From the NCBI GenBank assembly GCA_051251915.1, contig JBPOGF010000017.1:39863-103862 (forward strand): DNA of 64,000 bases. Direction: 5' to 3'. This stretch comes from Akkermansiaceae bacterium (lineage in GTDB: Bacteria; Verrucomicrobiota; Verrucomicrobiia; Verrucomicrobiales; Akkermansiaceae). The translations under genes were made by a program, and so were the position numbers. Of the stretch, positions 10,269-19,924 are shown one piece after another (within the stretch, counting starts at the first letter, position 1; every line of letters begins with the position of its first letter). The notes beneath the pieces are model-generated. The model searched no databases. It saw only the letters and a program-made list of their open reading frames with translations, and had not been told where the DNA came from.

Positions 10269-10871
10269 TTATTCTGAAGAGTTTTGAATAATGATGGCGG
10301 TGCTTATATAATCTACTGCTTCTCTTAAGATATCTGCTCGCTTCCTGATGAGGGCTTTCTTAATGGCTCCGAGCCATAATGAGGTGATGATGCTGGTGGT
10401 GAACTGAGCATCCCATTGTTTTGAGATGTAACCTTGGTCTTGGCCTTCCTGGATTACTTCTTGGTAAATGTTTGTGATTGTTTGATCAGCAAGTGAAATT
10501 TCTTCTCGCATGGATGGGCTTGAAAAGCTGGTTTCAGAGGCTAATTTGATGAGTAGGCATGGGATGCAGCCGTTGCTACTGATGAAGATGGCTATTTTAG
10601 ATTCGTATAAGGCGAGCAGTCTAAGGTGGGCCTTTGGCTCCATTTCTCTATTGAGAAGTAATTGGGTTAGATTTTTTCTGGCGTCTTCTGCGTAGTGTTT
10701 GATGAGTTCGACTCCGAAGTTTTCTTTTGAATCAAAGTGATGGTAGAAAGTGCCTTTTGGGACTTTAACTGCGTTGAGAATTTCATTGAGGCTAACCGAC
10801 TGGAAGCTCTTTTCTAGTAAGAGTTCTTCCGCTTCCTCGAGGATGCGCTGTTTTGTTAAATGGTCGCTCAT
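10269..10871 (-). CDS. TetR family transcriptional repressor, NemR-like
   Basis: N-terminal HTH VSLNEILNAVKVPKGTFYHHFDSKENFG; Cys motif GCIPCLL. Confidence 0.92.
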   Translation of the reverse strand: MSDHLTKQRILEEAEELLLEKSFQSVSLNEILNAVKVPKGTFYHHFDSKENFGVELIKHYAEDARKNLTQLLLNREMEPKAHLRLLALYESKIAIFISSNGCIPCLLIKLASETSFSSPSMREEISLADQTITNIYQEVIQEGQDQGYISKQWDAQFTTSIITSLWLGAIKKALIRKRADILREAVDYISTAIIIQNSSE

Positions 10872-10877
10872 GCAGTT

Positions 10878-10906
10878 TATCTAGACCATTCGGTCTAGTA
10901 TCGCAA
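10878..10906 (-). promoter_or_regulatory. tetR promoter with autoregulatory operator TAGACC-N4-GGTCTA
   Basis: CTAGACC-ATTC-GGTCTAG inverted repeat at 10881-10898 spans the spacer between -35 TTGCGA and -10 TAGATA (17-bp spacer); the -10 ends 6 nt before the ATG. Confidence 0.8.
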
Positions 10907-10924
10907 GAGGATTTTAATTTTTTA

Positions 10925-10948
10925 TCGTTTAGTCGTTTAGTCGTTTAA
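10925..10948. repeat. Short tandem repeat (TCGTTTAG)x3, last copy imperfect
   Basis: TCGTTTAG TCGTTTAG TCGTTTAA in the divergent intergenic region. Confidence 0.7.
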
Positions 10949-11080
10949 AAGTGTGAGATGATTGGGGTGACTAAGTGTTGAAATTATCTATTGTGATCAC
11001 TCGGTTGTGGGTAGTTCTGAAGATTGGTGATATTTTATAGGAATAATTTTTGAGCGCTGACGCTCTTAAAGGAGATGAAT

Positions 11081-11533
11081 ATGATAAAAATAATAAAGAA
11101 AGTATTGTTGGTCGCCATGATGGTGAGTGGAGTTTCAGTGGCTTCAGCAAAAGGTCCATGGCTTACGAGCATTGAAGAAGGTGTGAAGAAGGCTAAGACT
11201 GAAGGCAAGCTTGTGATGGTAGAGTTCACGGGGTCCGACTGGTGCCCACCATGTATGATGATGGATAAGGCTGTGTTTTCTAAGGAGGAATTCTTAGAAG
11301 GTGCACAGAAGAGCTATGTGCTTGTTAAGCTGGATGCTCCGAATAAAGATCCGGAGTTGAAGAAAGCTACACAGAAGCTTATGAGGGAATATAAGGTGAT
11401 GGGTGTGCCAACGATCGTGTTGTTTGATGCGGAGGGGAAGGAATTTAAACGCTTCACAGCCACTGAAAACCGTACGGTGGATGAGTTTATCAAGCGCCTC
11501 GAGACTGAGAAGCGCCGTAGGGAAATGCACTAA
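11081..11533 (+). CDS. Exported thioredoxin-family protein
   Basis: RBS AAAGGAG; signal peptide; FTGSDWCPPC; GVPTIV cis-Pro loop. Confidence 0.9.
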   Translation: MIKIIKKVLLVAMMVSGVSVASAKGPWLTSIEEGVKKAKTEGKLVMVEFTGSDWCPPCMMMDKAVFSKEEFLEGAQKSYVLVKLDAPNKDPELKKATQKLMREYKVMGVPTIVLFDAEGKEFKRFTATENRTVDEFIKRLETEKRRREMH

Positions 11534-11552
11534 GTTGTGCATTAATCGAGGG

Positions 11553-11831
11553 TTAGTTGTCAGATTCCGGTTCTTTGCCGAGTATCTTGTCAATGCCCTC
11601 GATGAGTTTCCATGGGCAGCGCTTGCGTTGATATTTTCTGAAGAGAACATCTCGCAGTGCTTCCCAGTGCTCTTCGGTAACGTTTTCGATAGGTTCCCAG
11701 ACCGCAGGGTTACTTCTGGTGCCTTTTAGAGAGGTGGTGAATTTCCATTTTTTGGAGTGGTAAATGCCTCGGTAAAAACGAAGACCTTCCTCGGTGTCTT
11801 CTTTCCATTCGTGTCGTTGCTGAATCTGCAT
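11553..11831 (-). CDS. Hypothetical protein
   Basis: 92-aa ORF filling the gap between convergent and divergent genes, with protein-like composition. Confidence 0.65.
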   Translation of the reverse strand: MQIQQRHEWKEDTEEGLRFYRGIYHSKKWKFTTSLKGTRSNPAVWEPIENVTEEHWEALRDVLFRKYQRKRCPWKLIEGIDKILGKEPESDN

Positions 11832-11899
11832 GTTGCTATGGTCGTGTAGTGGGGCGATGAAATCAACTGAAAAATCTATCGTCTCGACTCAATTGAGGC

Positions 11900-12865
11900 A
11901 TGGTGTTAGGGTTTGTGGCAGTGAAAGCATTCTTTAAAAACGAACTGACTCGGTTATTTCTCTTCGTGGTTCTCTGCCTGATTCTGGCGGCGATTCTTAC
12001 TCCTTATATTTACACTTGGGGGAAGGCCTTTGGGGCTGGAGATAGTGCGGAGTGGCTGGGATCTGTGAAGAAGAGCATGGCGAAGGCTGATCTGGCTCGC
12101 TATTTTAATAGGGCGATGATGGGGGTGGCTATTATTTTGCTGTATCCGTTTATTAGGACGTTGAAAAGTGACAGGAAGGAGATCAAACCGCCTATGTCGG
12201 TGCGGATAAATCCACGTAAGCAGGGGTGGAAGGATATGATGGTAGGTTTTTTCTATGCGATGGGTTATATGGGAATTTTCTTCATGGTGGTGCATCAGCT
12301 GGGCTGGGTGACTGTGGATACTAGTGCTTCTCCGAGTAGGGCGTTGATGAAGGCGATTACGCCTGCGATTGGGGCGTCTTTGATTGAGGAGTGGTTGTTC
12401 CGAGGGGTTTTGTTTGCATTGTTGTTGCGTAGTTTGAGCGTGCGAGGGACGATTATTGGGTTATCATTTTTCTTTGCGTTGGTGCATTTTCTTAAACCTT
12501 ACCACGGGAGTCCGGAGATTTTAGACGGTGGTTCCGCTGATGCTGGGTTCCGATTGTTGGCACAGATCGGGGAGAGGTTTATTCACCCTGAGGATTTTAT
12601 TGGGATCTTTTTGACTTTGTTTGTGGTGGGCGTGGTGCTGGCTATTGCTCGTTACAAGACGGGGTATTTATGGATGTCTATTGGTCTTCATGCTGGGTGG
12701 GTCTTTACTTTGAAAGTGTATCAGGCGCTGATAGATAATACGGGGACAGCTAATCCTGTCTTGTATGGTAGTGATATCCGTGAGGGGTTGTTTCCGTTGG
12801 TTTTTGTGAGTTTGACTGGGGTTGCGGTGTGGTTTTATTTAAAGCCTAAGAGGTCGCTACTATAG
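11900..12865 (+). CDS. CPBP (CAAX/Abi) intramembrane metalloprotease
   Basis: EEWLFRG, FFALVH, SIGLHAGW motifs; true start may be GTG 11921. Confidence 0.88.
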   Translation: MVLGFVAVKAFFKNELTRLFLFVVLCLILAAILTPYIYTWGKAFGAGDSAEWLGSVKKSMAKADLARYFNRAMMGVAIILLYPFIRTLKSDRKEIKPPMSVRINPRKQGWKDMMVGFFYAMGYMGIFFMVVHQLGWVTVDTSASPSRALMKAITPAIGASLIEEWLFRGVLFALLLRSLSVRGTIIGLSFFFALVHFLKPYHGSPEILDGGSADAGFRLLAQIGERFIHPEDFIGIFLTLFVVGVVLAIARYKTGYLWMSIGLHAGWVFTLKVYQALIDNTGTANPVLYGSDIREGLFPLVFVSLTGVAVWFYLKPKRSLL

Positions 12866-12867
12866 CT

Positions 12868-13596
12868 ATGGTAGTGGTAAAGCAGTTTTTCTCAGGGATG
12901 CTGGACTTGGTTTATCCGAGTAGTTGTTACCATTGCGAGAAGTTGTTAGAGGGGAAGCATGTGATTTGCGATGTGTGCTTCGAGAAGTCAAAGCGCATCA
13001 CTGAGGGGTTTTGCGATGTTTGTGGTGAAGATTTTGATGGGGAGTTCACGGAAAACCCTATTTGTCCGAACTGCCATACTTTGAAATTTTCTTTTCAGTA
13101 TGCGAAATCTGCGCTGAAGAATACGGCTCAGAACCGGCAATTGGTAATCTCGTATAAATATGGGAAGCGGCATTACCTTTCACGGTTATTGGCCAAATTC
13201 TGTTCTGAGGTGTTGCGGGATGATCCTCGGTTTGCAGCGTTGCCTGAGCCTGTATTGGTGCCTGTTCCGCTTCATTGGCGGCGGAAATTTAGTCGTGGGT
13301 TTAATCAGGCGGAATTGATCTGCAAGGAGCTTACGAAACAGACTGGGATTCCTACGATGGAGCTGCTGAGGCGCAAGCGATATACGACGACTCAGACTAG
13401 GTTGTCTCGTGGTGAAAGGCTGAAGAACTTGAATGGTGCGTTTTCTGTTTGTGGAGATTTAGGGGAGAATAAATCGATAATTATCATTGATGATGTTTTT
13501 ACTACTGGCTCAACATCAGAGGAATGCGCGAAATTACTCAGGAAAGAATTTCCAAAAGTAGAAAACATTGTTGTCGTAACGGTGTTACGTGGATAG
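12868..13596 (+). CDS. comF: ComF family protein (double zinc ribbon plus PRTase-like domain)
   Basis: CxxC pairs; PVPLHWRR, RGFNQA, IIDDVFTTGST. Confidence 0.9.
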   Translation: MVVVKQFFSGMLDLVYPSSCYHCEKLLEGKHVICDVCFEKSKRITEGFCDVCGEDFDGEFTENPICPNCHTLKFSFQYAKSALKNTAQNRQLVISYKYGKRHYLSRLLAKFCSEVLRDDPRFAALPEPVLVPVPLHWRRKFSRGFNQAELICKELTKQTGIPTMELLRRKRYTTTQTRLSRGERLKNLNGAFSVCGDLGENKSIIIIDDVFTTGSTSEECAKLLRKEFPKVENIVVVTVLRG

Positions 13597-13626
13597 AGTA
13601 TTTGAAATCTTACCACTAATAACGCT

Positions 13627-14451
13627 ATGGGAATCTTTGAAAGACCTCGTCTACGTCAGAATAAAAAGAAGGACATGCCGAACGATCTATGGACTAATTG
13701 TCCTGGATGCGACAAGATGTTGCACGTTCTAGATCTTAAGCAGAACCATCAGGTCTGCCAACATTGTAGCCATCATTTTCTGTTGGGCTCACGTGAAAGA
13801 ATCGAGATGCTAGCTGATCCTGGATCATTCAGTGAGACTGATGCGACACTCTATTCTAAGAATCCGCTTGGCTTTGATAAGTATGAAGAGAAGATAGATA
13901 TGTTGCGTCAGAAGACGGGGCTGAACGATGCGGTAGTGACTGGTAAGATAAGTATTCACGGTAGTCCGACGATGATTGCGGTGATGGACTTTAAGTTTTT
14001 TGCGGGATCTATGGGCTCGGTTGTGGGTGAAAAAATCACACGTGCTATTGAGAAGGCTATTGCGGATAAATGCGGAATGATCATTGTTTCAGCATCATCT
14101 GGAGCGCGTATGCAAGAGGGGATGCTTTCTCTCATGCAGATGGCAAAGACTTGTGGAGCTCTGGCTAAACTATCTGAAGCTGGGCTTCCTTATATTTCTG
14201 TGCTGACTCACCCGACTACTGGTGGTGTGACGGCTTCATTTGCTACGATTGGTGACATCAATTTAGCTGAGCCTAAGTGTATGATCGGCTTTGCTGGACC
14301 TCGTGTGGTGAAGGAAACTACTCACCAAGATCTACCTCCTGGGTTCCAGACTGCGGAATTTATGCTGGCTCACGGCTTAGTGGATTCCATTGTTGAGCGC
14401 CGTGAATTGCGTGCGAGGCTCGGTAGTTTACTGAGCTACATGTTAAAATAA
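13627..14451 (+). CDS. accD: Acetyl-CoA carboxylase carboxyltransferase beta subunit
   Basis: Zinc finger CPGC...CQHC; GSMGSVVGEKI, SSGARMQEG, PTTGGVTASFA. Confidence 0.97.
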   Translation: MGIFERPRLRQNKKKDMPNDLWTNCPGCDKMLHVLDLKQNHQVCQHCSHHFLLGSRERIEMLADPGSFSETDATLYSKNPLGFDKYEEKIDMLRQKTGLNDAVVTGKISIHGSPTMIAVMDFKFFAGSMGSVVGEKITRAIEKAIADKCGMIIVSASSGARMQEGMLSLMQMAKTCGALAKLSEAGLPYISVLTHPTTGGVTASFATIGDINLAEPKCMIGFAGPRVVKETTHQDLPPGFQTAEFMLAHGLVDSIVERRELRARLGSLLSYMLK

Positions 14452-14463
14452 TTTCGACCTAAG

Positions 14464-15681
14464 ATGACCTATTCTGAGGCGATTGAGTGGATCTACTCTA
14501 CTCAGAATTTTGGCATTAAGCTTGGGCTAGATGCACCTGCTGAGTTACTGGCTCAGTTCTTGGCCTTTCCCACCCGGACTACGAAGGTGATTCATGTGGC
14601 GGGGACGAATGGTAAGGGTTCAACTTGTGCGTTGATTGATTCATTGGCGCGTTCTCATGGGATGCGGACGGGTTTATTTACGTCTCCGCATTTGGTGGAT
14701 TTCAGGGAGAGGTTCCAAGTGCAAGGTGAGATGATAAGTGAGGAAGAGACGGCGAGTTATCTCACGCAGATCCGGAATTTAGTTAGTGACTGGGAGCATC
14801 ATCCTACATTTTTTGAGATCGCGCTGGCGTTGGGGATGAAATTTTTTAGGGACAAGGAGTGTGAGCTTATTGTGCTGGAAACCGGAATGGGAGGCAGGCT
14901 GGATGCTACTACTGCGGTGCCGGCGGATCTCTATGTGCTGACTCCTATTGCGATGGATCATGCGCAATGGCTGGGTAATACTATTGCTGAGGTGGCTGGT
15001 GAGAAGGCTGGTATTATTGTTTCTGATATGCCGGTGGTGTCTTCAAAGCAGGACAAGGTTGCTTCACGCGTGATCGCGGAGAAAGCGAATAGGATGAGGT
15101 CTCCGCTTACTGTTGTGACTGAGCCTGTGGAAGTATATGGTGTGGGGCTAGCTGGTGCTCATCAGCGAGAAAATGCAGCTCTTGCGTTGGAAGCGCTTCA
15201 TCAGCTAGGGGTGGAGATGCGATATGATTCGGTGAAAGATGGTTTAGCAAATGTGGAGTGGCCGGGGCGATTCGAGGTGACATCCGAGGCTCCGCTTACG
15301 GTCATAGATGGTGCGCATAACCCTCAAGCTGCTGAAATTCTAGTGCGTACTTGGCGAGGGCAGTATGGTGAAGTTAAGCCAATTGTTATCTTTGGCGCGA
15401 TAGAAAGTAAGGATTTGGACGGTGTGTTGGATTATGTATCAGGGCTTGCTGAGAAAATTATTTTCACTCCGGTTGACTCTCCGAGAACGGTTGATTTTGG
15501 TGATATAGCAAAGGTTGAGGCGTTGGAGAATAAAGAGTTGTTACGAGCTTCTGATGTTAAGGATGCGTTAAATATTGCCAGTAAAGAGAATTTACCTATA
15601 CTGATTACAGGGTCATTGTATTTACTCGGAGAGTATAAATCATTGATTAGGTGTGAGAAGCGCCGCCCTACTTCTCAATAA
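14464..15681 (+). CDS. folC: Dihydrofolate/folylpolyglutamate synthase
   Basis: HVAGTNGKGS, TSPHL, ETGMGGRLDAT, WPGRF, DGAHN, TGSLY. Confidence 0.96.
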   Translation: MTYSEAIEWIYSTQNFGIKLGLDAPAELLAQFLAFPTRTTKVIHVAGTNGKGSTCALIDSLARSHGMRTGLFTSPHLVDFRERFQVQGEMISEEETASYLTQIRNLVSDWEHHPTFFEIALALGMKFFRDKECELIVLETGMGGRLDATTAVPADLYVLTPIAMDHAQWLGNTIAEVAGEKAGIIVSDMPVVSSKQDKVASRVIAEKANRMRSPLTVVTEPVEVYGVGLAGAHQRENAALALEALHQLGVEMRYDSVKDGLANVEWPGRFEVTSEAPLTVIDGAHNPQAAEILVRTWRGQYGEVKPIVIFGAIESKDLDGVLDYVSGLAEKIIFTPVDSPRTVDFGDIAKVEALENKELLRASDVKDALNIASKENLPILITGSLYLLGEYKSLIRCEKRRPTSQ

Positions 15682-15698
15682 ACCAACCATCCCGCCGC

Positions 15699-16172
15699 AT
15701 GCCAATAAAGCACAGAATCAGAAATTCAGCCGCTCCTTTAGAGAAACAACGAGGTCTCGTCAAAGGGAAGGCTCCTCACCGTGAGCATAATGCGCACAAA
15801 GTTCTGAGGAAGTGGCCTTACTATCGAGGGGCTCTGATATGGATGGTGACAGTGGCTTTATTGTTTTTGTCGCTGGTTACATTTGGATTTGGTGTGTTGG
15901 AAAAAGACAGGAATGCTATTTTTGCTGGAATCGCTTTGTTTGGAGCATGGCTATTCATGAAGTTGATGTATTTCTTCGCGAGTAAGACGACTACCTGCCC
16001 ATTGTGTAGAGCTAATCATTTTGCGAATAGTAAATCGAGTAAACATAAGAAAGCATTTAAGGTTTTTCCGTTATCATATGCGTCGACATCGGTGATGACA
16101 GCTGTCTTGCAACGGTGTGTGCGCTGCATGCACTGTGGGGTGACTTTTGATCTCACGAAGAAACATCGATAG
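15699..16172 (+). CDS. Hypothetical membrane protein with two CxxC motifs
   Basis: Two TM segments, then CPLC and CMHC. Confidence 0.65.
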   Translation: MPIKHRIRNSAAPLEKQRGLVKGKAPHREHNAHKVLRKWPYYRGALIWMVTVALLFLSLVTFGFGVLEKDRNAIFAGIALFGAWLFMKLMYFFASKTTTCPLCRANHFANSKSSKHKKAFKVFPLSYASTSVMTAVLQRCVRCMHCGVTFDLTKKHR

Positions 16173-16281
16173 AACTGAACTGATTTGTATTGTGATCTAT
16201 GATGATTGCCAATCTGTTATCTCTTATTGAATAGGAATTTTTTGGATTGCTCATTAATTGATCATCGGATAAGTCATCCGC

Positions 16282-17172
16282 ATGACAGAAGCACCGTATC
16301 AAGTATTGCTCTACTATTTCTATGTGGAAATAGCGGATCCTGATGCATATAGAGATGAGCAAAGAGAGCTCTGCGAGTCATTAGAATTACTCGGCAGAAT
16401 TATTGTTGGCAAGGAAGGGATCAATGGCACCGTTTCAGGTACAGTAGAGAACTGCCAGAAATATATGGAGGCGCTTAGAGCAAATCCGCTTACGGCTGAA
16501 GTAGAATTTAAAATTGATCCTGAGCAGGGTCATGTGTTTCCGAAGCTCTCTGTGAAATCACGTGAGGAGATAGTCACACTGGGGCTAGGCGAAGAGGACT
16601 TTTCTCCTAATGAAACGACAGGGAATTACCTTAGTCCTGTGCAGTGGAGGGATGCGATGAATGATCCAAATGCTGTGATCATTGATACTAGAAATGATTA
16701 CGAGTGGAAGTTAGGGAAATTTAAAAATGCGATTCTTCCGCCGGTAGAAAGTTTTCGTGATTTACCGCAATGGATCAAAGACAACCGTGAAATGTTCGAG
16801 GGTAAGAAGATCCTTGCGTATTGCACTGGTGGGATTCGCTGTGAGAAATTTAGTGGTTATCTAGTGCGCGAAGGTTTTGAGGATGTGAATCAGCTGCATG
16901 GTGGGATAGTTACTTACGGGAAAGATCCTGAGGTTCAGGGAGAGGACTATGAGGGGCAGTGTTATGTGTTCGATGAGCGTATAGGGGTGCCTGTGAATAG
17001 TAAGAATCCTAGTGTGATTTCGCAATGTGTGCATTGCGGAGAGCCGTGCGAGCGTTATATTAACTGCTCAAACAAACATGGCTGCAACGAACAGCACTTC
17101 AGTTGTGAAAGCTGTGACGAGAAGAGCCAAGGCTGCTGTTCTGAGAAGTGCCAAACTATCATCAACTCATAA
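16282..17172 (+). CDS. trhO: tRNA uridine(34) hydroxylase TrhO (UPF0176 rhodanese family)
   Basis: EGINGT, DTRNDYE, YCTGGIRCEK, CYVFDER, C-terminal Cys cluster. Confidence 0.92.
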   Translation: MTEAPYQVLLYYFYVEIADPDAYRDEQRELCESLELLGRIIVGKEGINGTVSGTVENCQKYMEALRANPLTAEVEFKIDPEQGHVFPKLSVKSREEIVTLGLGEEDFSPNETTGNYLSPVQWRDAMNDPNAVIIDTRNDYEWKLGKFKNAILPPVESFRDLPQWIKDNREMFEGKKILAYCTGGIRCEKFSGYLVREGFEDVNQLHGGIVTYGKDPEVQGEDYEGQCYVFDERIGVPVNSKNPSVISQCVHCGEPCERYINCSNKHGCNEQHFSCESCDEKSQGCCSEKCQTIINS

Positions 17173-17191
17173 CATTTTACTCAATTACTTA

Positions 17192-17794
17192 ATGAATCCA
17201 TCAAAACTACTACCCCTGTTCCTCAAGATTTCACTACCTCTTATTATACTGGATCAGATTTCTAAATGGTGGATTGTCTTAAAGTTCAGGCAACCAGCGA
17301 TCATGGTTAATGGTGAGGTCTTTGTGGATACCCAGGGTACTCAGAAGATTTCGGTGGTGGAGGATTTCTTTAACATCATACGTGTGCATAACCAGGGGGT
17401 GGCTTTTGGGTTTGGTAATGGCTCTGCATGGGCTCCAGTGGTGTTTCTCATCGTGCCGTTTGTGGCACTTATATTGGTGACTGTTCTGTGGAAGAAAAAT
17501 ATTTTCGAAGGTGTAGCTAAGTGGTCTGCGCCATTACTTCTTGCTGGGATTATAGGAAATCTTATTGATCGACTTTTCCAGGGGTTTTGGCTCAGAGGTC
17601 CTGAGGAACTGTCATTTATGGAGCGTTTAGGTCATGGTTACGTGGTTGACTTTCTAGACATCCAGGTTCCGTTTACTAATGGTTATCATTGGCCATCATT
17701 TAATGTGGCGGATTCATGTATCTGCATTGCCGCTACGCTGCTTTTCCTCTCGGCTTTCCAGCCTGAGAAGAAGCCAGAGTTGTCTGAAAAATAG
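17192..17794 (+). CDS. lspA: Lipoprotein signal peptidase II
   Basis: DQISKW, NQGVAFG, GNLIDR, VVDFL, FNVADSCI; start set to ATG 17192 rather than ORF-track 17027. Confidence 0.95.
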   Translation: MNPSKLLPLFLKISLPLIILDQISKWWIVLKFRQPAIMVNGEVFVDTQGTQKISVVEDFFNIIRVHNQGVAFGFGNGSAWAPVVFLIVPFVALILVTVLWKKNIFEGVAKWSAPLLLAGIIGNLIDRLFQGFWLRGPEELSFMERLGHGYVVDFLDIQVPFTNGYHWPSFNVADSCICIAATLLFLSAFQPEKKPELSEK

Positions 17795-17839
17795 CCTTTG
17801 CAGGCTAAGGAATCAGTGAGATAGTCCGTTTATCTCATT

Positions 17840-18751
17840 ATGTCAGTCGATAAACTCAAGTTACTTCACCAGCGTTTAACAGAAAAAGTTCTCGGCGCAG
17901 AACAGCCCGCAACTCTTCTCATGACCGCGCTACTGGCAAAAGGTCATGCTCTTATCGAAGGTGCTCCGGGTATAGGGAAGACATCGATAGCGCAGACTTT
18001 GGCGTCTTGTTTTGGTGGTGAATTTAAGCGAATTCAGTTCACTCCGGATCTTCTTCCGTCAGACATTTTAGGCTATCACCTTTATAAACAGAACAGTGGG
18101 GAATTTGAGTTTATTCCTGGGCCAGTTTTTTCTAACTTGTTGCTAGCTGATGAAATCAACCGGACTTCTCCCCGGGTTCAAGCCGCATTGTTAGAAGCGA
18201 TGAATGAAGCTCAAGTCACTATTGATGGTAAGACTATTGCTTTGGATTCTCCGTTTTGTGTGATTGCCACTCAGAATGATACGTCATCAACTGGGACGTT
18301 CCCGTTGCCGGAGCCGCAGTTGGATCGTTTTCTACTGTCGATTCCGATGTCGCTGCCTAGCCGGAGTATTCAGGAGAGTATCATTTTATCTCAGCATGCC
18401 CGGGTTGCGACTGGAGAGCAGGAGGCCTTTTTGAGCGTGGAGGATATAGTGAGAGAGCAGGAGAAATGCTTGTCTATTCAGCTTTCAGAGACTCTCTCTG
18501 GTTATATCATTGCGCTGTGCGAAAGTGTTCGTCAGTTGGCCGCTAATCCGCATGCTGTTTCCATCCGTGGTTCCATAGCCTTGCTTCATGCAGCTCAGGC
18601 GTATGCACATCTTCAGGAGTCAGAGTTCGTCTTGCCTGATCATGTTCAGTTTGTATTCCCCCACGTTATGCGGCATCGGATCATCTGCGACGATGGTAGT
18701 GATCCGGAGCATATCATAGAGCAGGCGCTTCAACAGACAGTGGTGGCTTAA
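17840..18751 (+). CDS. MoxR family AAA+ ATPase
   Basis: GAPGIGKT, RIQFTPDLLPSD, LLADEINR, LPEPQLDRF. Confidence 0.95.
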   Translation: MSVDKLKLLHQRLTEKVLGAEQPATLLMTALLAKGHALIEGAPGIGKTSIAQTLASCFGGEFKRIQFTPDLLPSDILGYHLYKQNSGEFEFIPGPVFSNLLLADEINRTSPRVQAALLEAMNEAQVTIDGKTIALDSPFCVIATQNDTSSTGTFPLPEPQLDRFLLSIPMSLPSRSIQESIILSQHARVATGEQEAFLSVEDIVREQEKCLSIQLSETLSGYIIALCESVRQLAANPHAVSIRGSIALLHAAQAYAHLQESEFVLPDHVQFVFPHVMRHRIICDDGSDPEHIIEQALQQTVVA

Positions 18752-18758
18752 TCTGATC

Positions 18759-19907
18759 ATGAGGAAATTTTCCACCAAGCTAGCTCCACGAGGCGCGTTC
18801 TGTCTAGGGATTGCTGTGGGCTTGTCTATGGCGGGGGGGCTGTTAGGAGATGGGGTTCTGATTACGCTCGGTTTGTCGGCTGTGACTTTGATGTTGTGTT
18901 GTTATTTATTAGGGAGAAGTAATTTATCGAAGTTAGAGGCAGACGTTTCACTGCCGCATAAATGTCATGCCAATAAAGTCTATAAGCCGCAAGTGGTGAT
19001 CCGCAATAACCGTTCAATGTTAGATGCGTTTCATGTGAAGCTTTATCTCGCCTTTCCACACGGTGCAGTGCTAGGTAGCCAGTCAGCTTGGGTTCCGGCT
19101 CGATCATTGGCTAGCGCTGGTATTCCGATACGAATTCCGATGCGGGCTTCGAGTTTGGAACATCCTTATAAATTCAGCTCTACGTTTCCACTGGGGCTTT
19201 TTCGTTTTTCATCACGGCAGTTGCTGTCGCATCCGTTGACTGTATATCCGCGTAGTATTATTCCGGATGAGTTATTAGACCAGGGTGTATCTGGACAATG
19301 CCATAATCCGAATCAGCAGTCTAATGTTCAGCATTCTGGAGAGCCGAGGAGCATTCGTCCTTGGCAGCCAGGTGATCCAGCGAAGAACATTCATTGGCCT
19401 GCATCCATTCGCTCGCTGGCTCATGGGCATGATCTCAGAATCCGTGAATTTGATCCTCCTGGCCTGCTTCCTGACCAAGCCACTATTATTTTTCATTCTT
19501 TTAGTTCTCAGCGAGAAATGATGCGCGAGGATGCGTTTGAGCGTGCTATTTCACTTACTGTGGGGGCGATATCGCATTTGAGAAATTTAAATATCAAGAC
19601 TGAGTTGGTGTCAGACTTCATGCGCTGGAACCCGCTGTTAGCGAGAACTCGTCCTCAATATTATGAATGCCTATCTATTTTAGCTGATGCAAGGCGAGCT
19701 ATCGGAACTGAGCTACATGAGTTGCAATCTGCAATAGATAAAGTTTCCGACAAGCATCAGGTGATCATCATTTCTGATATGCCGACTGATGCATGGCTGG
19801 ACCTTGTTCGCATTCCGGAAAGTGTGACTGTCATTGATATCCGCCAAGTGCATTTTCCCTTTAAGAAAACCATTTCAGCCAAAGAAGCTCTCTCTCAGTC
19901 TGCCTAA
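18759..19907 (+). CDS. DUF58 domain protein
   Basis: FPLGLF, IRPWQPGDPAKNIHWPAS, IREF, IISD; follows MoxR. Confidence 0.85.
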   Translation: MRKFSTKLAPRGAFCLGIAVGLSMAGGLLGDGVLITLGLSAVTLMLCCYLLGRSNLSKLEADVSLPHKCHANKVYKPQVVIRNNRSMLDAFHVKLYLAFPHGAVLGSQSAWVPARSLASAGIPIRIPMRASSLEHPYKFSSTFPLGLFRFSSRQLLSHPLTVYPRSIIPDELLDQGVSGQCHNPNQQSNVQHSGEPRSIRPWQPGDPAKNIHWPASIRSLAHGHDLRIREFDPPGLLPDQATIIFHSFSSQREMMREDAFERAISLTVGAISHLRNLNIKTELVSDFMRWNPLLARTRPQYYECLSILADARRAIGTELHELQSAIDKVSDKHQVIIISDMPTDAWLDLVRIPESVTVIDIRQVHFPFKKTISAKEALSQSA

Positions 19908-19924
19908 AATTTTTATTCTTCCAC

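Noticed and set aside
10925..10948. Tandem 8-mer as CRISPR or phase-variation element
   Set aside because: Only three contiguous units, no spacers and no cas genes; no evidence of function.
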